Below are positions 53,037 to 64,000 of a stretch of 64,000 bases of DNA, piece after piece. Position 1 is the stretch's first letter; the number at the start of each line of letters is the position of its first letter. The DNA lies in assembly GCA_048571215.1 (NCBI GenBank), contig CP182352.1, positions 1,696,001 through 1,760,000 of the forward strand. The letters run 5' to 3'. The notes under the pieces are model-generated. The model was not told where the DNA came from. It ran no database searches and saw only the letters and a program-made list of their open reading frames with translations. Position numbers and translations under genes: made by a program. The stretch is from Halarcobacter sp. (GTDB lineage: Bacteria; Campylobacterota; Campylobacteria; Campylobacterales; Arcobacteraceae).

Positions 53037-53841
53037 AAATATATTTGCTTTTATTGTTCCTTTAACTGCAATGTTAATCTCCTTTATCATTTATCTATTT
53101 GCTTCAAATATATTAGAAAACTATAAAATAAAAATAGCAAATGATTATTCAATTGTTATTGTAACAAACACACCACTAATAAAAGAGGATCTTACAAAAC
53201 TTGCAGGAATAAATGTTGAGAAAATCATCACCTTAGAAAAAGAGAAAATAATTAATGATATAAAAAATAGTCTCTCTCCCACTTCTATTATTCTTTTAAA
53301 ACAAAAACTTCCACACTTTTATAAAATACAACTTGAAGTATTTCCAACAACTTCGGAACTTGAAATCATAAAAAATACCCTTTATCAAAATAAAAACATT
53401 AGAAAAGTAGAAATATTTTCAAAAAACCATAATAATATCTATCTTCTACTGTTGTTACTTAGTCAAATAAGTTTGATACTATTTACTATTATTACAGTCT
53501 TTGCTATTATAATTATCTCAAAACAAATTAGAATTTGGTTTTATGAACACCACGAAAAAATCACAATATTAAAACTACATGGGGCGTCTATTTTATATAG
53601 TTCCTCTGCCATATTAAAATATGCTATTATAAGTGCTATTTTGTCATTTATAATAGTTTCTGGAATATTTATTTACCTAATAGGCAATATTGGGGTAATT
53701 TTACCTGATGATTTAGAAAATATTGTTATTGTAAATTTAAATCTAAATGAAGCACTCACTGAGATTTTTATTCTCTCATTTGGAATATCAATATTAACAA
53801 TTATTGGAGTACTATTAAAGTATAAGTTAAAACATGATTAA
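53023..53841 (+). CDS. ftsX: Cell division permease
   Basis: Follows ftsE; I.ILKLHGA motif. Confidence 0.85.
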   Translation: MKFLKNIFAFIVPLTAMLISFIIYLFASNILENYKIKIANDYSIVIVTNTPLIKEDLTKLAGINVEKIITLEKEKIINDIKNSLSPTSIILLKQKLPHFYKIQLEVFPTTSELEIIKNTLYQNKNIRKVEIFSKNHNNIYLLLLLLSQISLILFTIITVFAIIIISKQIRIWFYEHHEKITILKLHGASILYSSSAILKYAIISAILSFIIVSGIFIYLIGNIGVILPDDLENIVIVNLNLNEALTEIFILSFGISILTIIGVLLKYKLKHD

Positions 53842-55108
53842 GTTTATAATTCTTTTATTTATTAGTTTTACTTTTTTAAATTCTGCAAATAGCATTGATA
53901 AAAAGATATTAAGCAATAAAAAAATACTTAACAAAAATAAATCGGTTCAATTAAGAACAGACCTTCAAGTTAAAATCTTAGCTAAACAAATCTCCAATCA
54001 AAATAATGAACTAAACAAACTTGAAAATGATATTAAAATCATAAACAGTGATATTATAGTGCATGAAGAGAAACTAAAAAATGCAAAAAAATCTCTTGTC
54101 AATTTACAAAATAATTCAAAATCACTAATGGAAAAGAAAAGGGAAAATGAAGAGCAAATAGTAAAGGTTATAATAGAAGACTTTTCCTCTTCAATAGCAC
54201 TTAAACTTGCAAATGAAAGCACTCTTGATGAATTAATAGATTCAGAAGTTTATAAAATACTTTCACAAAACTCAAAAGATGAGATATTAAAACTAAACAA
54301 CAGTTATGAGATAATTACCCAAAATAAAAAAGATAATCAAAATAAAATTGAAGATATTTCAGATTATATTAAAAAAAGAAAAGAGAAAAAAAAGTATTTA
54401 GCAAGTTTAAAACGTAAATACTCTAATTCCTTAGTTACTTTAGAAAAAAAACATAAAGAGTATCAAAAACAACTAAGAAAAATTATTTCAAAACAAGAAT
54501 CACTAAAAAATCTTTTAGGAAAATTAAACATCTTAAAAAAAGAGCAGCTAGAAGCAGAAAGAAAAAAAAGATTGGCACGAGCAAAAGCCGCAAAAAGAAA
54601 AAAGAAAAAAAGTGGCAAATATGATATAAATGATGAAAGAAATAGTAAATATGCAGACGATATTGATATGGATATTAGAATGATTGGTTCATCAACTTCT
54701 GGAATAAAAATATCAAGATATAGAGGTAAAAAAACTATTGCACCACTTGATTCTTTTAAAGTTGTTAAAAAATTTGGTAAATACTATGATCCAGTATATA
54801 AAATAGAACTATTTAATGAATCAATGATACTAAAATCAAAAATCCCTCAAGCAAAAGTAAAATCAATCTGGAATGGAAAAATTGTATATGCCAAAAAAGA
54901 TGCTGGATTATTAGAAAATGTTGTTATTATTCAACACTCTAATGGAATCCATACTATTTATTCACATCTAGATAAAATCTCTCCCTCTTTAAAAGTTGGC
55001 AGATGGATTAAACAAGGGTATGTTGTAGGTAGAGTGAATGATAGTTTAACTTTCCAAGCAACAAAAAATGAAGCCCACGTTGACCCAAAAGATCTCTTTA
55101 GAATATAA
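53834..55108 (+). CDS. EnvC-like murein hydrolase activator (coiled coil plus M23)
   Basis: VIIQH..TIYSHL motif; follows ftsEX. Confidence 0.85.
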   Translation: MIKFIILLFISFTFLNSANSIDKKILSNKKILNKNKSVQLRTDLQVKILAKQISNQNNELNKLENDIKIINSDIIVHEEKLKNAKKSLVNLQNNSKSLMEKKRENEEQIVKVIIEDFSSSIALKLANESTLDELIDSEVYKILSQNSKDEILKLNNSYEIITQNKKDNQNKIEDISDYIKKRKEKKKYLASLKRKYSNSLVTLEKKHKEYQKQLRKIISKQESLKNLLGKLNILKKEQLEAERKKRLARAKAAKRKKKKSGKYDINDERNSKYADDIDMDIRMIGSSTSGIKISRYRGKKTIAPLDSFKVVKKFGKYYDPVYKIELFNESMILKSKIPQAKVKSIWNGKIVYAKKDAGLLENVVIIQHSNGIHTIYSHLDKISPSLKVGRWIKQGYVVGRVNDSLTFQATKNEAHVDPKDLFRI

Positions 55109-55189
55109 GTATTTCTTATTTTTAGCCTATAATTATAGATAGTTTAAGTGCATTTTTACTAGAATATCAGGTTTTAAGGTGGTTTATTA

Positions 55190-57034
55190 ATGAAAAAAAA
55201 TATTATTCTAAATTCTGTTATAATGGTTATAGTTTTATCTATATCTATTACTGTATTAAGTTTGTACAACTTAAGAACTTCTGGTATCAAATCAGCTATT
55301 CATAATGCTCTATCTATTTCAGAAGTAGTAAAAAGTGGTTTAACTTCTCATATGGTAAATGATAATATGGGTGAGGTTCAAACCTTTATGCAATCTGTTT
55401 CAAATATAAAAAATATTGATAAACTTTGGCTTGTTAGAAGTGATTTAGTAAATAAACAATTTAAGACAACAAACCACAATAAACCAAGAGATGCAATCGA
55501 TAAAGAAGTTTTAAAAACAGGTAAAATGATTTATATTTTGGATGAATCAATTACAAAATCCTCAGTAAGAGTTACTATCCCATATAATGCTATAGCAGAC
55601 AAAGGAGTTAACTGTTTAAATTGCCATCATGTTCAACCTGGTGCCACATTAGGAGCCATTACCTTAGTTGCAGATATTAGTACCTTAAAAGAGATAGGTA
55701 TTGAATCTTTATATGTAATATCTGTAATCATACTAATCACAATAATCTTTTTCTTGATATATAGTAAAAAAATCATTTCACCTTACTTTAAACTTTATGA
55801 ATTATTTAAAATAAATATGTCACAAGCAACCCTTGGAAAATTTGAAAAAGTTACTCCCCCACCTGGTTTAGCAAAGGAGATGAAAGTTATCACTGATGAT
55901 TATAATAATCTTTTACAAACCTTTAAAGAAACTGCTGGAGATATAGATAAAAAGTTGCAAGGATTTATTGGTTACAAAAATTCAAGTACAGAAAGAAATC
56001 CACTAAAAGAATCAAAAGAGATTATCGACAATTTATCAAATCTATATCAATATAAAAAGCAAGTTGAGTTAGATAGTTCTTTAGATGAAATATATACAAG
56101 ATTAGCTCAAGTTTTTGAAAATAAGTTTGGTCTAAAAAACTTCACTTTTGCAGAGATAGATATGACTAAACACAAGATGAAAAAACTTATTCAAAGAGGT
56201 AAATCATTTTATTGTGAAAAAACAATGGAAACAAACCCTGAATGGTGTAGATGTGCTAGGACAAAAAGTGATGTAATCTCAATAGATTTTCACAATAGTT
56301 GTAGATATTTTGAAAATAAAGAAAAGTTTTATTATTGTATGAATATCAATATTGCAAAAAATAAATTCTTGATTATCCATTTTACTTGTAATACAAAAGA
56401 AGAATTAGAGCAACTAAAAGAAAAAATAGTATTTATAAAAAACTATTTAACAGAAACAGCTCCTGCAATTGAAGTGAAACTTCTGATGGCTGCACTTAAA
56501 GATTCTGCATTTAGAGATGGCTTAACAGGGCTTTATAATAGAAAATTTTTAGATGAACATACTAAAAAACTTATTCCTCAAGTAAAAAGAAATAATACAA
56601 ATATTGGAGTTCTTATGCTCGATATGGATCATTTTAAAGCTGTAAATGATGAGTATGGACATGATATTGGGGATAAAGTTTTAAAAGAATTAGCAATAAT
56701 TTTAGAAGAGAATGTAAGAGAATCAGATCTTGTCATTAGATATGGGGGAGAAGAGTTTATCATACTTCTTGTAGATGTTATATCAGAAGATGCAGCACTA
56801 AATGTTGCACAAAAAATAGGTCAAAAAGTAAGAGATAATGAGATATCTGTTTATGCAGGTAATAAACTTAAAAAGACAATAAGTATTGGTCTATCTATGT
56901 ACCCAAAAGATTCAAAAGTTCTAGATACTGTTATTAAAAATGCTGATATCGCCTTATATGAAGCAAAAAGTACAGGAAGAGATAAAGTTGTTAGATTTAA
57001 AGAAGAGCAAATTTCTAGTGTTGATTTATTTTAA
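55190..57034 (+). CDS. Diguanylate cyclase with periplasmic CxxCH sensor
   Basis: CLNCH, DGLTGLYNR and RYGGEEF motifs. Confidence 0.93.
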   Translation: MKKNIILNSVIMVIVLSISITVLSLYNLRTSGIKSAIHNALSISEVVKSGLTSHMVNDNMGEVQTFMQSVSNIKNIDKLWLVRSDLVNKQFKTTNHNKPRDAIDKEVLKTGKMIYILDESITKSSVRVTIPYNAIADKGVNCLNCHHVQPGATLGAITLVADISTLKEIGIESLYVISVIILITIIFFLIYSKKIISPYFKLYELFKINMSQATLGKFEKVTPPPGLAKEMKVITDDYNNLLQTFKETAGDIDKKLQGFIGYKNSSTERNPLKESKEIIDNLSNLYQYKKQVELDSSLDEIYTRLAQVFENKFGLKNFTFAEIDMTKHKMKKLIQRGKSFYCEKTMETNPEWCRCARTKSDVISIDFHNSCRYFENKEKFYYCMNINIAKNKFLIIHFTCNTKEELEQLKEKIVFIKNYLTETAPAIEVKLLMAALKDSAFRDGLTGLYNRKFLDEHTKKLIPQVKRNNTNIGVLMLDMDHFKAVNDEYGHDIGDKVLKELAIILEENVRESDLVIRYGGEEFIILLVDVISEDAALNVAQKIGQKVRDNEISVYAGNKLKKTISIGLSMYPKDSKVLDTVIKNADIALYEAKSTGRDKVVRFKEEQISSVDLF

Positions 57035-57041
57035 ACAATAA

Positions 57042-57842
57042 ATGAAAATTAGTGTAATCATCCCTAGCTTTAATAGAGAAAAACTAATTGCTAAAGCTAT
57101 AAAAAGTGTTCAAGACCAAAGTGTCAAAGTAGATGAGATTATAGTAGTAGATGATGGCTCAACTGATAATACTAAGGAGTTATTAAAAGATTTTAATATT
57201 AGGTATATTTACCAAAAAAACAAAGGTGTTTCAGCTGCAAGAAATGTAGGAATCACCCATGCAAAAAACCAATGGTTGGCTTTTTTAGATTCTGATGATA
57301 TCTGGCATAAAGAAAAAATTAAACACCATATTGATTTACACCAAAACAATAAAAAACTCCTTGCATCTTTTACCGATGAACTGTGGATTAGGAACAATAA
57401 AGAGATTAAGCTAAAACAATATCAACAAAAAACTAATCCAAGCTTTTCTAACTCTTTAAGATTATGTAAAATAGGAACCTCCACATTTTTTTGTCACAAA
57501 AAAGTTTTTGGAGATATTGGCTTATTTGATGAATCACTAAAGGCTTGTGAGGATTATGATTTATGGCTAAGAGTTTTATTGGATTATGAAATCAAATACA
57601 TAAATAAAAAACTTACAACAAAATATGCAGGGCATGAAAATCAACTATCTTTTAATACAAAACTTATTGATACCTATAGAATAGAAGCTTTAGAAAAACA
57701 TATAAATACTCCACATAAAAAAGAGGTTATAGAAGAGATTATTTATAAAATAGATATTTTATTGAAAGGTGCCATCAAACATCAAAATGATGATTTGATT
57801 ATATTTTATAAAGATAAGCTAAAAAATATAATGAATCATTGA
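57042..57842 (+). CDS. Glycosyltransferase family 2
   Basis: VVDDGSTD, FLDSDD and EDYDLW motifs. Confidence 0.93.
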   Translation: MKISVIIPSFNREKLIAKAIKSVQDQSVKVDEIIVVDDGSTDNTKELLKDFNIRYIYQKNKGVSAARNVGITHAKNQWLAFLDSDDIWHKEKIKHHIDLHQNNKKLLASFTDELWIRNNKEIKLKQYQQKTNPSFSNSLRLCKIGTSTFFCHKKVFGDIGLFDESLKACEDYDLWLRVLLDYEIKYINKKLTTKYAGHENQLSFNTKLIDTYRIEALEKHINTPHKKEVIEEIIYKIDILLKGAIKHQNDDLIIFYKDKLKNIMNH

Positions 57843-57854
57843 TAGGAAAAGCTA

Positions 57855-60218
57855 TTAAGCTTTTCCATCAAAATTGTTTTCATTTACATTATTTACAATA
57901 TCATTTGCTATATCATTTGTTTCTTTTGCTATTTCATTTGTTTTATCAGCTATAGAAGCATTTTCCTGAGTAAATTTATCTAATTGGTTTACTGCATCAC
58001 TAATTTGAATCATACCAGTATTTTGCTCTTTTGCAGCATTTGTAACATCATCAATCAAATGACTTGTACTAGCAATTTTTTCCTCAAGTTCACTAAAACC
58101 TTCAATCATTGTTGTACTTATTTTTTTACCCTCATCTGCTTTGACAGTTGCTAACTCAACAAGATCTTTAATCTCTTTAGCAGCTTCAGCACTTCTACTT
58201 GCTAGATTCCTAACCTCCCCAGCAACTACTGCAAAACCTTTTCCAGCTTCACCTGCAGTTGCAGCTTCTACTGCTGCATTTAGTGAAAGAATATTTGTTT
58301 GGAAGGCGATTTGATCAATCACTGAAATAGCATCATTGATTGCAATTACAGTTTTATTTATTGAATCCATAGAGTTAACAGTTTTATTTGCTAAGTCTTT
58401 TCCCACATGTGCAGATTCTTGTGTTGCACCTGAGATTTGTAACATCTCTTGCGCTTTTTCACTTGTTTGTCTAATATTTCCTGTAATCTCTTCAATTGAA
58501 GCTGCAGTTTCTTCTAATGATGCTGCTTGACTTGTGGCATTTTCATTTAAAATCTTTACATTTGAAGTAAGCTGATTTGATCTATTTTGTAAACTTATAC
58601 CATCTTCTTGATTACTTTGTAAAATCTTAGTAATCATTCTATTCATATTAATAATATCAGTACCAATTTTACCACTATTTTTAGCATCAATTTTTACTGT
58701 AAAATCTCTATTTGCATATTGTTCTAAGACATCACTTAAGGTATTAATATTTGTACCAACAAGAGCTTGTACATTGTCAAGCATATTATTAAGTAAGGAC
58801 TTTAACTCTTCTAGTGATTCATTATTTGTTGAATTAGTTATTCTTTTATCTAAAAATCCTTCTCCAACATTATGAACAATCTCTTTAACATCATTTATCA
58901 AAATATTATCCTGTTCTATAATATTTTTTGTCTTCTCAATATTTTCATTAACCAATAAAGACATGCTTCCAATCTCGTCATTTGAAGTTATCTCTAAAGA
59001 CTTAATATTTTTTTCTTCTTTATTTACATACCTAAAGAAATGAAGTAGACCATTTTGAAACTTATTTAATGGTTTTACTATAATATTATTCATAATAAGA
59101 ATTGAGATAAATCCTAAGATAATAATTATTATTAGTACAATTATAGAGATTTTTACAATTGAGGAGTTTATACTTTTATTAGTTCTATCATTGATTTGTT
59201 TTATATCTGCTTCTACATCTGTTATATATGAACCAGTTCCAATTATAAAATCCCAAGGTTCAAATTTTCTAACATAAGAAAACTTTTTAAAATCACCTTT
59301 TTTACCAGGTATAGTCCAAAAATATTTTACTAAACCACCATCTTTATTAGCATTTGCAACCTTTACTATCTCTTTATATATAAAAGTTCCTTTTTTGTCT
59401 TTTAATTCAGACATATTTTTTCCAACCATAGAATCTTTTTGTCCATGCATTAGAACTTTATAGTTAGAATCATTTATCCAAAAATATCCCGTTTTACCAT
59501 ATCCCATATTTTTTATAGCTGTTAATGCTTCCTCTTTCATTTTTTCAGAAACATTATCTATATATTCACCTGTTCCAACAACCCAATTAAAAGGTTTAAA
59601 CATCTTCACATATGATACTTTTGGTTGAGCTTGATCAAATCCTGGTTTATCCCATAAGTATTTCAAAAACCCTTCCCCTTTAGGTGATGTTCCAAGTGCA
59701 ACTAAATCTTTTATAAGATACACTCCATTTTTATCTTGCAAGTGGGATAGGTTTTTACCCTCTAATTGTGGTTTAGTTGGTAAAGATATACAAACTCCAT
59801 TTGGGTCATATACGAAAAAATATCCAGATTTACCAAATCTTGCATCATTTAAGATTGATTTTAATCTTTTTTTCATCTCCTCATTTGAAAGTGTATTTTT
59901 ATATTTATTATATTCCCCTTCTAGAATAGAAAAAATATAATTAGTTTGTTCTCTTAAATAATCCTCAACCTCTTCTTGTATTTTATCTTGTGATGTTCTT
60001 GCATAATAGGATTCTACTGTTTTATATGCTAAAGATACATAGTTCTTAAGTTCATTCTCTTTTGCTGTATATGCACTTTTTGCTGATAATTCACTTGTTG
60101 ATTTTGCTTCATTTTTCATTGTATAAATTGACTCAAAAAGCATAATAACTGCAACTATAACGATAGAACCAACTACTGTAGAAAGCAGTTTAACTTTTAT
60201 TGAACTATTTTTTAACAT
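57855..60218 (-). CDS. Methyl-accepting chemotaxis protein with Cache domains
   Basis: QTNILSLNAAVEAATAGEAGKGFAVVA; two GYF Cache repeats. Confidence 0.95.
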   Translation of the reverse strand: MLKNSSIKVKLLSTVVGSIVIVAVIMLFESIYTMKNEAKSTSELSAKSAYTAKENELKNYVSLAYKTVESYYARTSQDKIQEEVEDYLREQTNYIFSILEGEYNKYKNTLSNEEMKKRLKSILNDARFGKSGYFFVYDPNGVCISLPTKPQLEGKNLSHLQDKNGVYLIKDLVALGTSPKGEGFLKYLWDKPGFDQAQPKVSYVKMFKPFNWVVGTGEYIDNVSEKMKEEALTAIKNMGYGKTGYFWINDSNYKVLMHGQKDSMVGKNMSELKDKKGTFIYKEIVKVANANKDGGLVKYFWTIPGKKGDFKKFSYVRKFEPWDFIIGTGSYITDVEADIKQINDRTNKSINSSIVKISIIVLIIIIILGFISILIMNNIIVKPLNKFQNGLLHFFRYVNKEEKNIKSLEITSNDEIGSMSLLVNENIEKTKNIIEQDNILINDVKEIVHNVGEGFLDKRITNSTNNESLEELKSLLNNMLDNVQALVGTNINTLSDVLEQYANRDFTVKIDAKNSGKIGTDIINMNRMITKILQSNQEDGISLQNRSNQLTSNVKILNENATSQAASLEETAASIEEITGNIRQTSEKAQEMLQISGATQESAHVGKDLANKTVNSMDSINKTVIAINDAISVIDQIAFQTNILSLNAAVEAATAGEAGKGFAVVAGEVRNLASRSAEAAKEIKDLVELATVKADEGKKISTTMIEGFSELEEKIASTSHLIDDVTNAAKEQNTGMIQISDAVNQLDKFTQENASIADKTNEIAKETNDIANDIVNNVNENNFDGKA

Positions 60219-60390
60219 ATATTTCCCCTGTTGTTAGTTATATTATTATAACACAATTAATTTTTTATTATAAGTTTATCTTTTAAGTTTATTTTATTTA
60301 TTGTATAAAAAATAAACAAAAGTGTAAGATAAAAGTAGATTTTATAAAGAATAAAAAAATGAATTTTAGAAAATATTTTTTATGTGAATT

Positions 60391-60418
60391 AGAGTAAAGC
60401 AATTTAATGCTTTACTCT
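60391..60418 (-). terminator. Probable terminator after dapD
   Basis: agagtaaagca-atttaa-tgctttactct. Confidence 0.65.
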
Positions 60419-60427
60419 ATAGTTTTG

Positions 60428-61615
60428 TTAGTGAAGGTCAGCGTTTAGTTTTACTTCTCTTGTTGATCTCATAGCAATAATTTGACCATTTACTGAGTTT
60501 TGTCTAAAATGAACTCCATTTACACCTAAGAAGTCCATACCTCTCATAAGTGTTTTAATCTCTTTGTCTGGATTAATCTCTTTGATTGCAGCAACCGCTT
60601 TTTCAGAAAGTGTGATTTTAGTTCCTGGTAAAATTGTTACACCAGCATCTAAGATACATCCATCACCAATTGCAGTACCTGTACAAGAGTTAGCTCCAAG
60701 AAGAGTATTCTCACCAATTGATACAGGAACACCATCTGTTCCAGAAAGTACTCCAAGAATTGAAGCACCACCACCAACATCAGAACCAGCACCAACTACA
60801 GCTGATGAAGAGATTCTTCCTTCAACCATAACAACACCTTCAGTACCTGCATTAAAGTTAATATATGCAGCCCCAGGCATAACAGTTGTACCAGCTGCTA
60901 ATTGTGCACCAAATCTAACTTTTGAAGTTTCTAATATTCTTGTGTTATCTGCTGGAATTACATGAGATAAGAATCTTGGGAATTTATCTACCATTGTAAT
61001 CTCTGGATATTTGTTAGCTAATTTTAATGTAACTTCATTTTCTCTTAACCAATCTAATTCAATTGGAGTAGAACCAGACCATGCGCAGTTATGTAGTTTT
61101 CCAAATACACCATCAAGATTTAAGCTTCTTAATTTTGCTTTTCCTGTTGATAGAGCATAAAGTTTTAAATATGCAGTTTCTGTACAAGCTACAGGCTCAT
61201 CATCAAAAATAAATACAACTTTGAAATTATCTGCTGTTAAACCAGAATCAATAGGCAATGAAGCTAATTGAGATACAACTTGAACATTTTTATGCTCAAC
61301 ACCTTTTGCTTCTGGGATATAAGGTCTAAAAGACTCAATGCAAGCTGTTAAAAACTTGTCATCAACACCACAAACTAATTCAGACTTAGATGTATCTACA
61401 TCAGCTCCAGCTTGTTTTAAAGCATCTAAAAATATAGCTGCACTACCTAAGTTTTCATTCCAGTTTAATACAGGGAAAGTTGCTTGTAAAATTTTTTCAG
61501 GATTTAATTGTCCTCTATCAACTCTTGCAATACCAAAACCAATAGGATTTCTATACCAAGATTGAGATTGAATCTCTTCTATTTTCTTTTTAAAATCATC
61601 TTTTGTAAATGTCAT
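60428..61615 (-). CDS. dapD: Tetrahydrodipicolinate N-succinyltransferase
   Basis: VDKFPR, NFNAGT and EGRISS motifs; hexapeptide repeats. Confidence 0.93.
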   Translation of the reverse strand: MTFTKDDFKKKIEEIQSQSWYRNPIGFGIARVDRGQLNPEKILQATFPVLNWNENLGSAAIFLDALKQAGADVDTSKSELVCGVDDKFLTACIESFRPYIPEAKGVEHKNVQVVSQLASLPIDSGLTADNFKVVFIFDDEPVACTETAYLKLYALSTGKAKLRSLNLDGVFGKLHNCAWSGSTPIELDWLRENEVTLKLANKYPEITMVDKFPRFLSHVIPADNTRILETSKVRFGAQLAAGTTVMPGAAYINFNAGTEGVVMVEGRISSSAVVGAGSDVGGGASILGVLSGTDGVPVSIGENTLLGANSCTGTAIGDGCILDAGVTILPGTKITLSEKAVAAIKEINPDKEIKTLMRGMDFLGVNGVHFRQNSVNGQIIAMRSTREVKLNADLH

Positions 61616-61680
61616 AAACCTTCCTTAAATTTTTTTGGATTATACTTAAATGTTCTCTAAATTCAGATTAAATAAAAAAA

Positions 61681-63528
61681 CTAATGAATTGTATCCATAT
61701 CTATTAAAGCCATAGTTGAATCTATGTTATGTAATGCTGTTAAAAGAGCTTTTATATTGGATGACCTTAATATAATCTCATATCTATATCGATTAGATAA
61801 TTTAAATATTGCACACTGACCAAAACCAACCACTTCAATATCATTATTTGATTTTAATATCTTTACATATTTATCTAATTCATCTTTTACTTTCAAACCA
61901 TTTGCATGGGCAAATATAACTCTTGCTAACTTTAGATATGGGGGATAAAGTTCTTGTCTAAACTCTAATTCACCTTTTAAAAACTCCTCATAATCACTAT
62001 CAATTAGATAATGTTTAAAAAACTCTTCATTTTTTGTTTGAACTATAACTTCACCCTCCCCTTTTCTTCCACTTCTTCCAGAGATTTGAATAAGCAAAGA
62101 TAGGGCTCTTTCCCTTGATTTGTAAGAATTCATATTTAAAACTGAATCAATACCAAGTACAACGGCAAGTTTCACATTATGATAATCATGCCCCTTTGAA
62201 AGCATTTGAGTACCAATTAAAATATCTATTTTATTACTATTGAAGTCATTTAATACAGTTTTTAGTTTAGTATCTGTTTTTATCTCATCCCTATCAAATC
62301 TTCTAATTGTTTTTGTAGGGAAAAGTTCATTTAATTGAGTTTCAATCTCTGCTGTACCAACTCTTAGATTATGAATAACTCCATTGTCACAATTAGGGCA
62401 TTTTTCAGGGATTTTTTGAGTATAGTTACAATAATGACATTTTAAAGCTAAATCGTTTTTATGTAAACTCATAGAAACTGAACAATAAGGGCATTCAACA
62501 GATTTTCCACAAGAGGTACATATTTGGTATTTATAGTTTGCTCTTGTTGGTAAAAATACTATCACTTGATGGTTATTATTTAATGTATTTGTTATTTTTG
62601 AGATAATATTATTTGATAAATCTTGAGAAGATTCATCAAAATAGATTGTTTTTGAAGTATCATAAAAGGTCTGCTTTAATCTAATATATGGAACTTTTAA
62701 AAAAGAAGAAGCGGAAGCAGTTGCACTTCCTAGTATTAACCTTATATCATATTTTTTAGATATATAAATGCTTAAATCTTTTGCATTAAGTCTTGGTTTA
62801 CTATCACTTTTATAAGAATCATCATGCTCCTCATCAACAACTATTAAACCAAGGTTTTCTAAGGGTAAAAAAAGAGCAGATCTAGCTCCAGCTATTAATT
62901 TGATTTTTGAACTTAATATCCCATTTATAATTGTTTCTTTTTTCTTTTTTGTAATTTTTGAATGCCAAATAGCAATAGCTTCACCAAATACTTTTTCTAA
63001 TCTTTTTTGCATTTGTGGAGTTAGTGATATTTCAGGCATTAAAAGAATAGCTTGTTTCCCTTCGTTTAAAACTTTTTCAATAGTTTTAATATATATCTCT
63101 GTTTTACCACTTCCAGTGTTTGCAAATAAAAGGGCTTGTTTTTTATCCTCTAAAAAATCATATGCCTCTTTTTGTTCCTTTGAAAGTTGTATATTTGAAT
63201 CAAATTTTTCATTATCATCAATAAGTTTTATATCTTTATCAAAAGGGGTATATATACTTAGTGCTTCACCTAAAGAACACACATAATATTGGGAAATAAA
63301 ACTTGCTATTTCTAACATCTTCTTACTATAATAGGCTAAACTAACCTCTACTATATCACTACAATTAAATTTTGGTTTTTCAACACTTTTTAAAACAACA
63401 GCTTCACTATTTATTTTTCTATTTCTAAGTTTTATTAATACTTTTGTGCCATCTGGTATATCAATATCAGATTGAAATGTTAAGGGGCTTAGGGGGGATT
63501 TTAGTAAGGCTACTTCATAATAATTCAT
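61681..63528 (-). CDS. priA: Primosomal protein N'
   Basis: TGSGKTE, DEEH, Cys-rich region and GTQMLSKG. Confidence 0.95.
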   Translation of the reverse strand: MNYYEVALLKSPLSPLTFQSDIDIPDGTKVLIKLRNRKINSEAVVLKSVEKPKFNCSDIVEVSLAYYSKKMLEIASFISQYYVCSLGEALSIYTPFDKDIKLIDDNEKFDSNIQLSKEQKEAYDFLEDKKQALLFANTGSGKTEIYIKTIEKVLNEGKQAILLMPEISLTPQMQKRLEKVFGEAIAIWHSKITKKKKETIINGILSSKIKLIAGARSALFLPLENLGLIVVDEEHDDSYKSDSKPRLNAKDLSIYISKKYDIRLILGSATASASSFLKVPYIRLKQTFYDTSKTIYFDESSQDLSNNIISKITNTLNNNHQVIVFLPTRANYKYQICTSCGKSVECPYCSVSMSLHKNDLALKCHYCNYTQKIPEKCPNCDNGVIHNLRVGTAEIETQLNELFPTKTIRRFDRDEIKTDTKLKTVLNDFNSNKIDILIGTQMLSKGHDYHNVKLAVVLGIDSVLNMNSYKSRERALSLLIQISGRSGRKGEGEVIVQTKNEEFFKHYLIDSDYEEFLKGELEFRQELYPPYLKLARVIFAHANGLKVKDELDKYVKILKSNNDIEVVGFGQCAIFKLSNRYRYEIILRSSNIKALLTALHNIDSTMALIDMDTIH

Positions 63529-63956
63529 TCAAACTCTTCACATAATTTTTTACTATTTAAACACTTAAACAAAGAGTTTTTATACTTAAACTCTAAATAT
63601 TCATCACTATTAAAATATATTTTATAACTATTTGAAGAGGTTTTTATCCATTTTCCTAACTCTTTTTTTTCACTTGAAGTGGAAATTAATGGAAACTCTA
63701 AGATATTTTTAAAAAGTTTTGTATTTACTTCATCTACTTTTGCACTATCCAATAGGATTGGATTACTTATATTTTTTAAAATATTTTCACTATTTAGTTT
63801 TTCTATGGAGTTTCTAATCAAAGCTATTTGTGTCTTGATTTTAACTTTATTTGCATAATTTGTAGAGTCTAGGTATTTATTTAATGCAAAGGCAGCCAAA
63901 ATAGATAAAATCACTAAAACAATAATCAATTCAAACAAAGAAAAACTATTTTTCAT
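63525..63956 (-). CDS. Prepilin-type N-terminal cleavage domain protein
   Basis: SFSLFELIIV type III signal. Confidence 0.8.
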   Translation of the reverse strand: MKNSFSLFELIIVLVILSILAAFALNKYLDSTNYANKVKIKTQIALIRNSIEKLNSENILKNISNPILLDSAKVDEVNTKLFKNILEFPLISTSSEKKELGKWIKTSSNSYKIYFNSDEYLEFKYKNSLFKCLNSKKLCEEFE

Positions 63957-64000
63957 AATTAAAAATTTGGAATTTTATTGGTGATTTGTTCTATATCCTG

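Overview
AT-rich chromosome window, probably Arcobacteraceae (Campylobacterota), judged from gene content and protein style. The right part (26.9-64 kb) is ordinary core genome: guaB, gatA, rpmJ-rpsM-rpsK-rpsD-rpoA-rplQ, signalling genes, leuDB, rpoD, hemL, speB, rodA, trmB, ftsEX, dapD, priA. The left part (1-26.8 kb, directly downstream of guaB) is an accessory region with unusual architecture. It looks like a tandem stack of integrase-less mini-integrons. A typical module has 1-3 minus-strand gene cassettes with attC sites, an attI-like site, an AT-rich promoter region and a stub of at most 13 codons resembling the intI 5' end, cut off by a co-oriented structured repeat (9 copies, some partial). 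An intact IS110 element sits inside one repeat copy, and its non-coding end contains segments matching both its target and its own ends, in the order expected for a bridge RNA. No complete integrase gene is present in the window. All calls come from reading the sequence; no database searches or folding programs were run.
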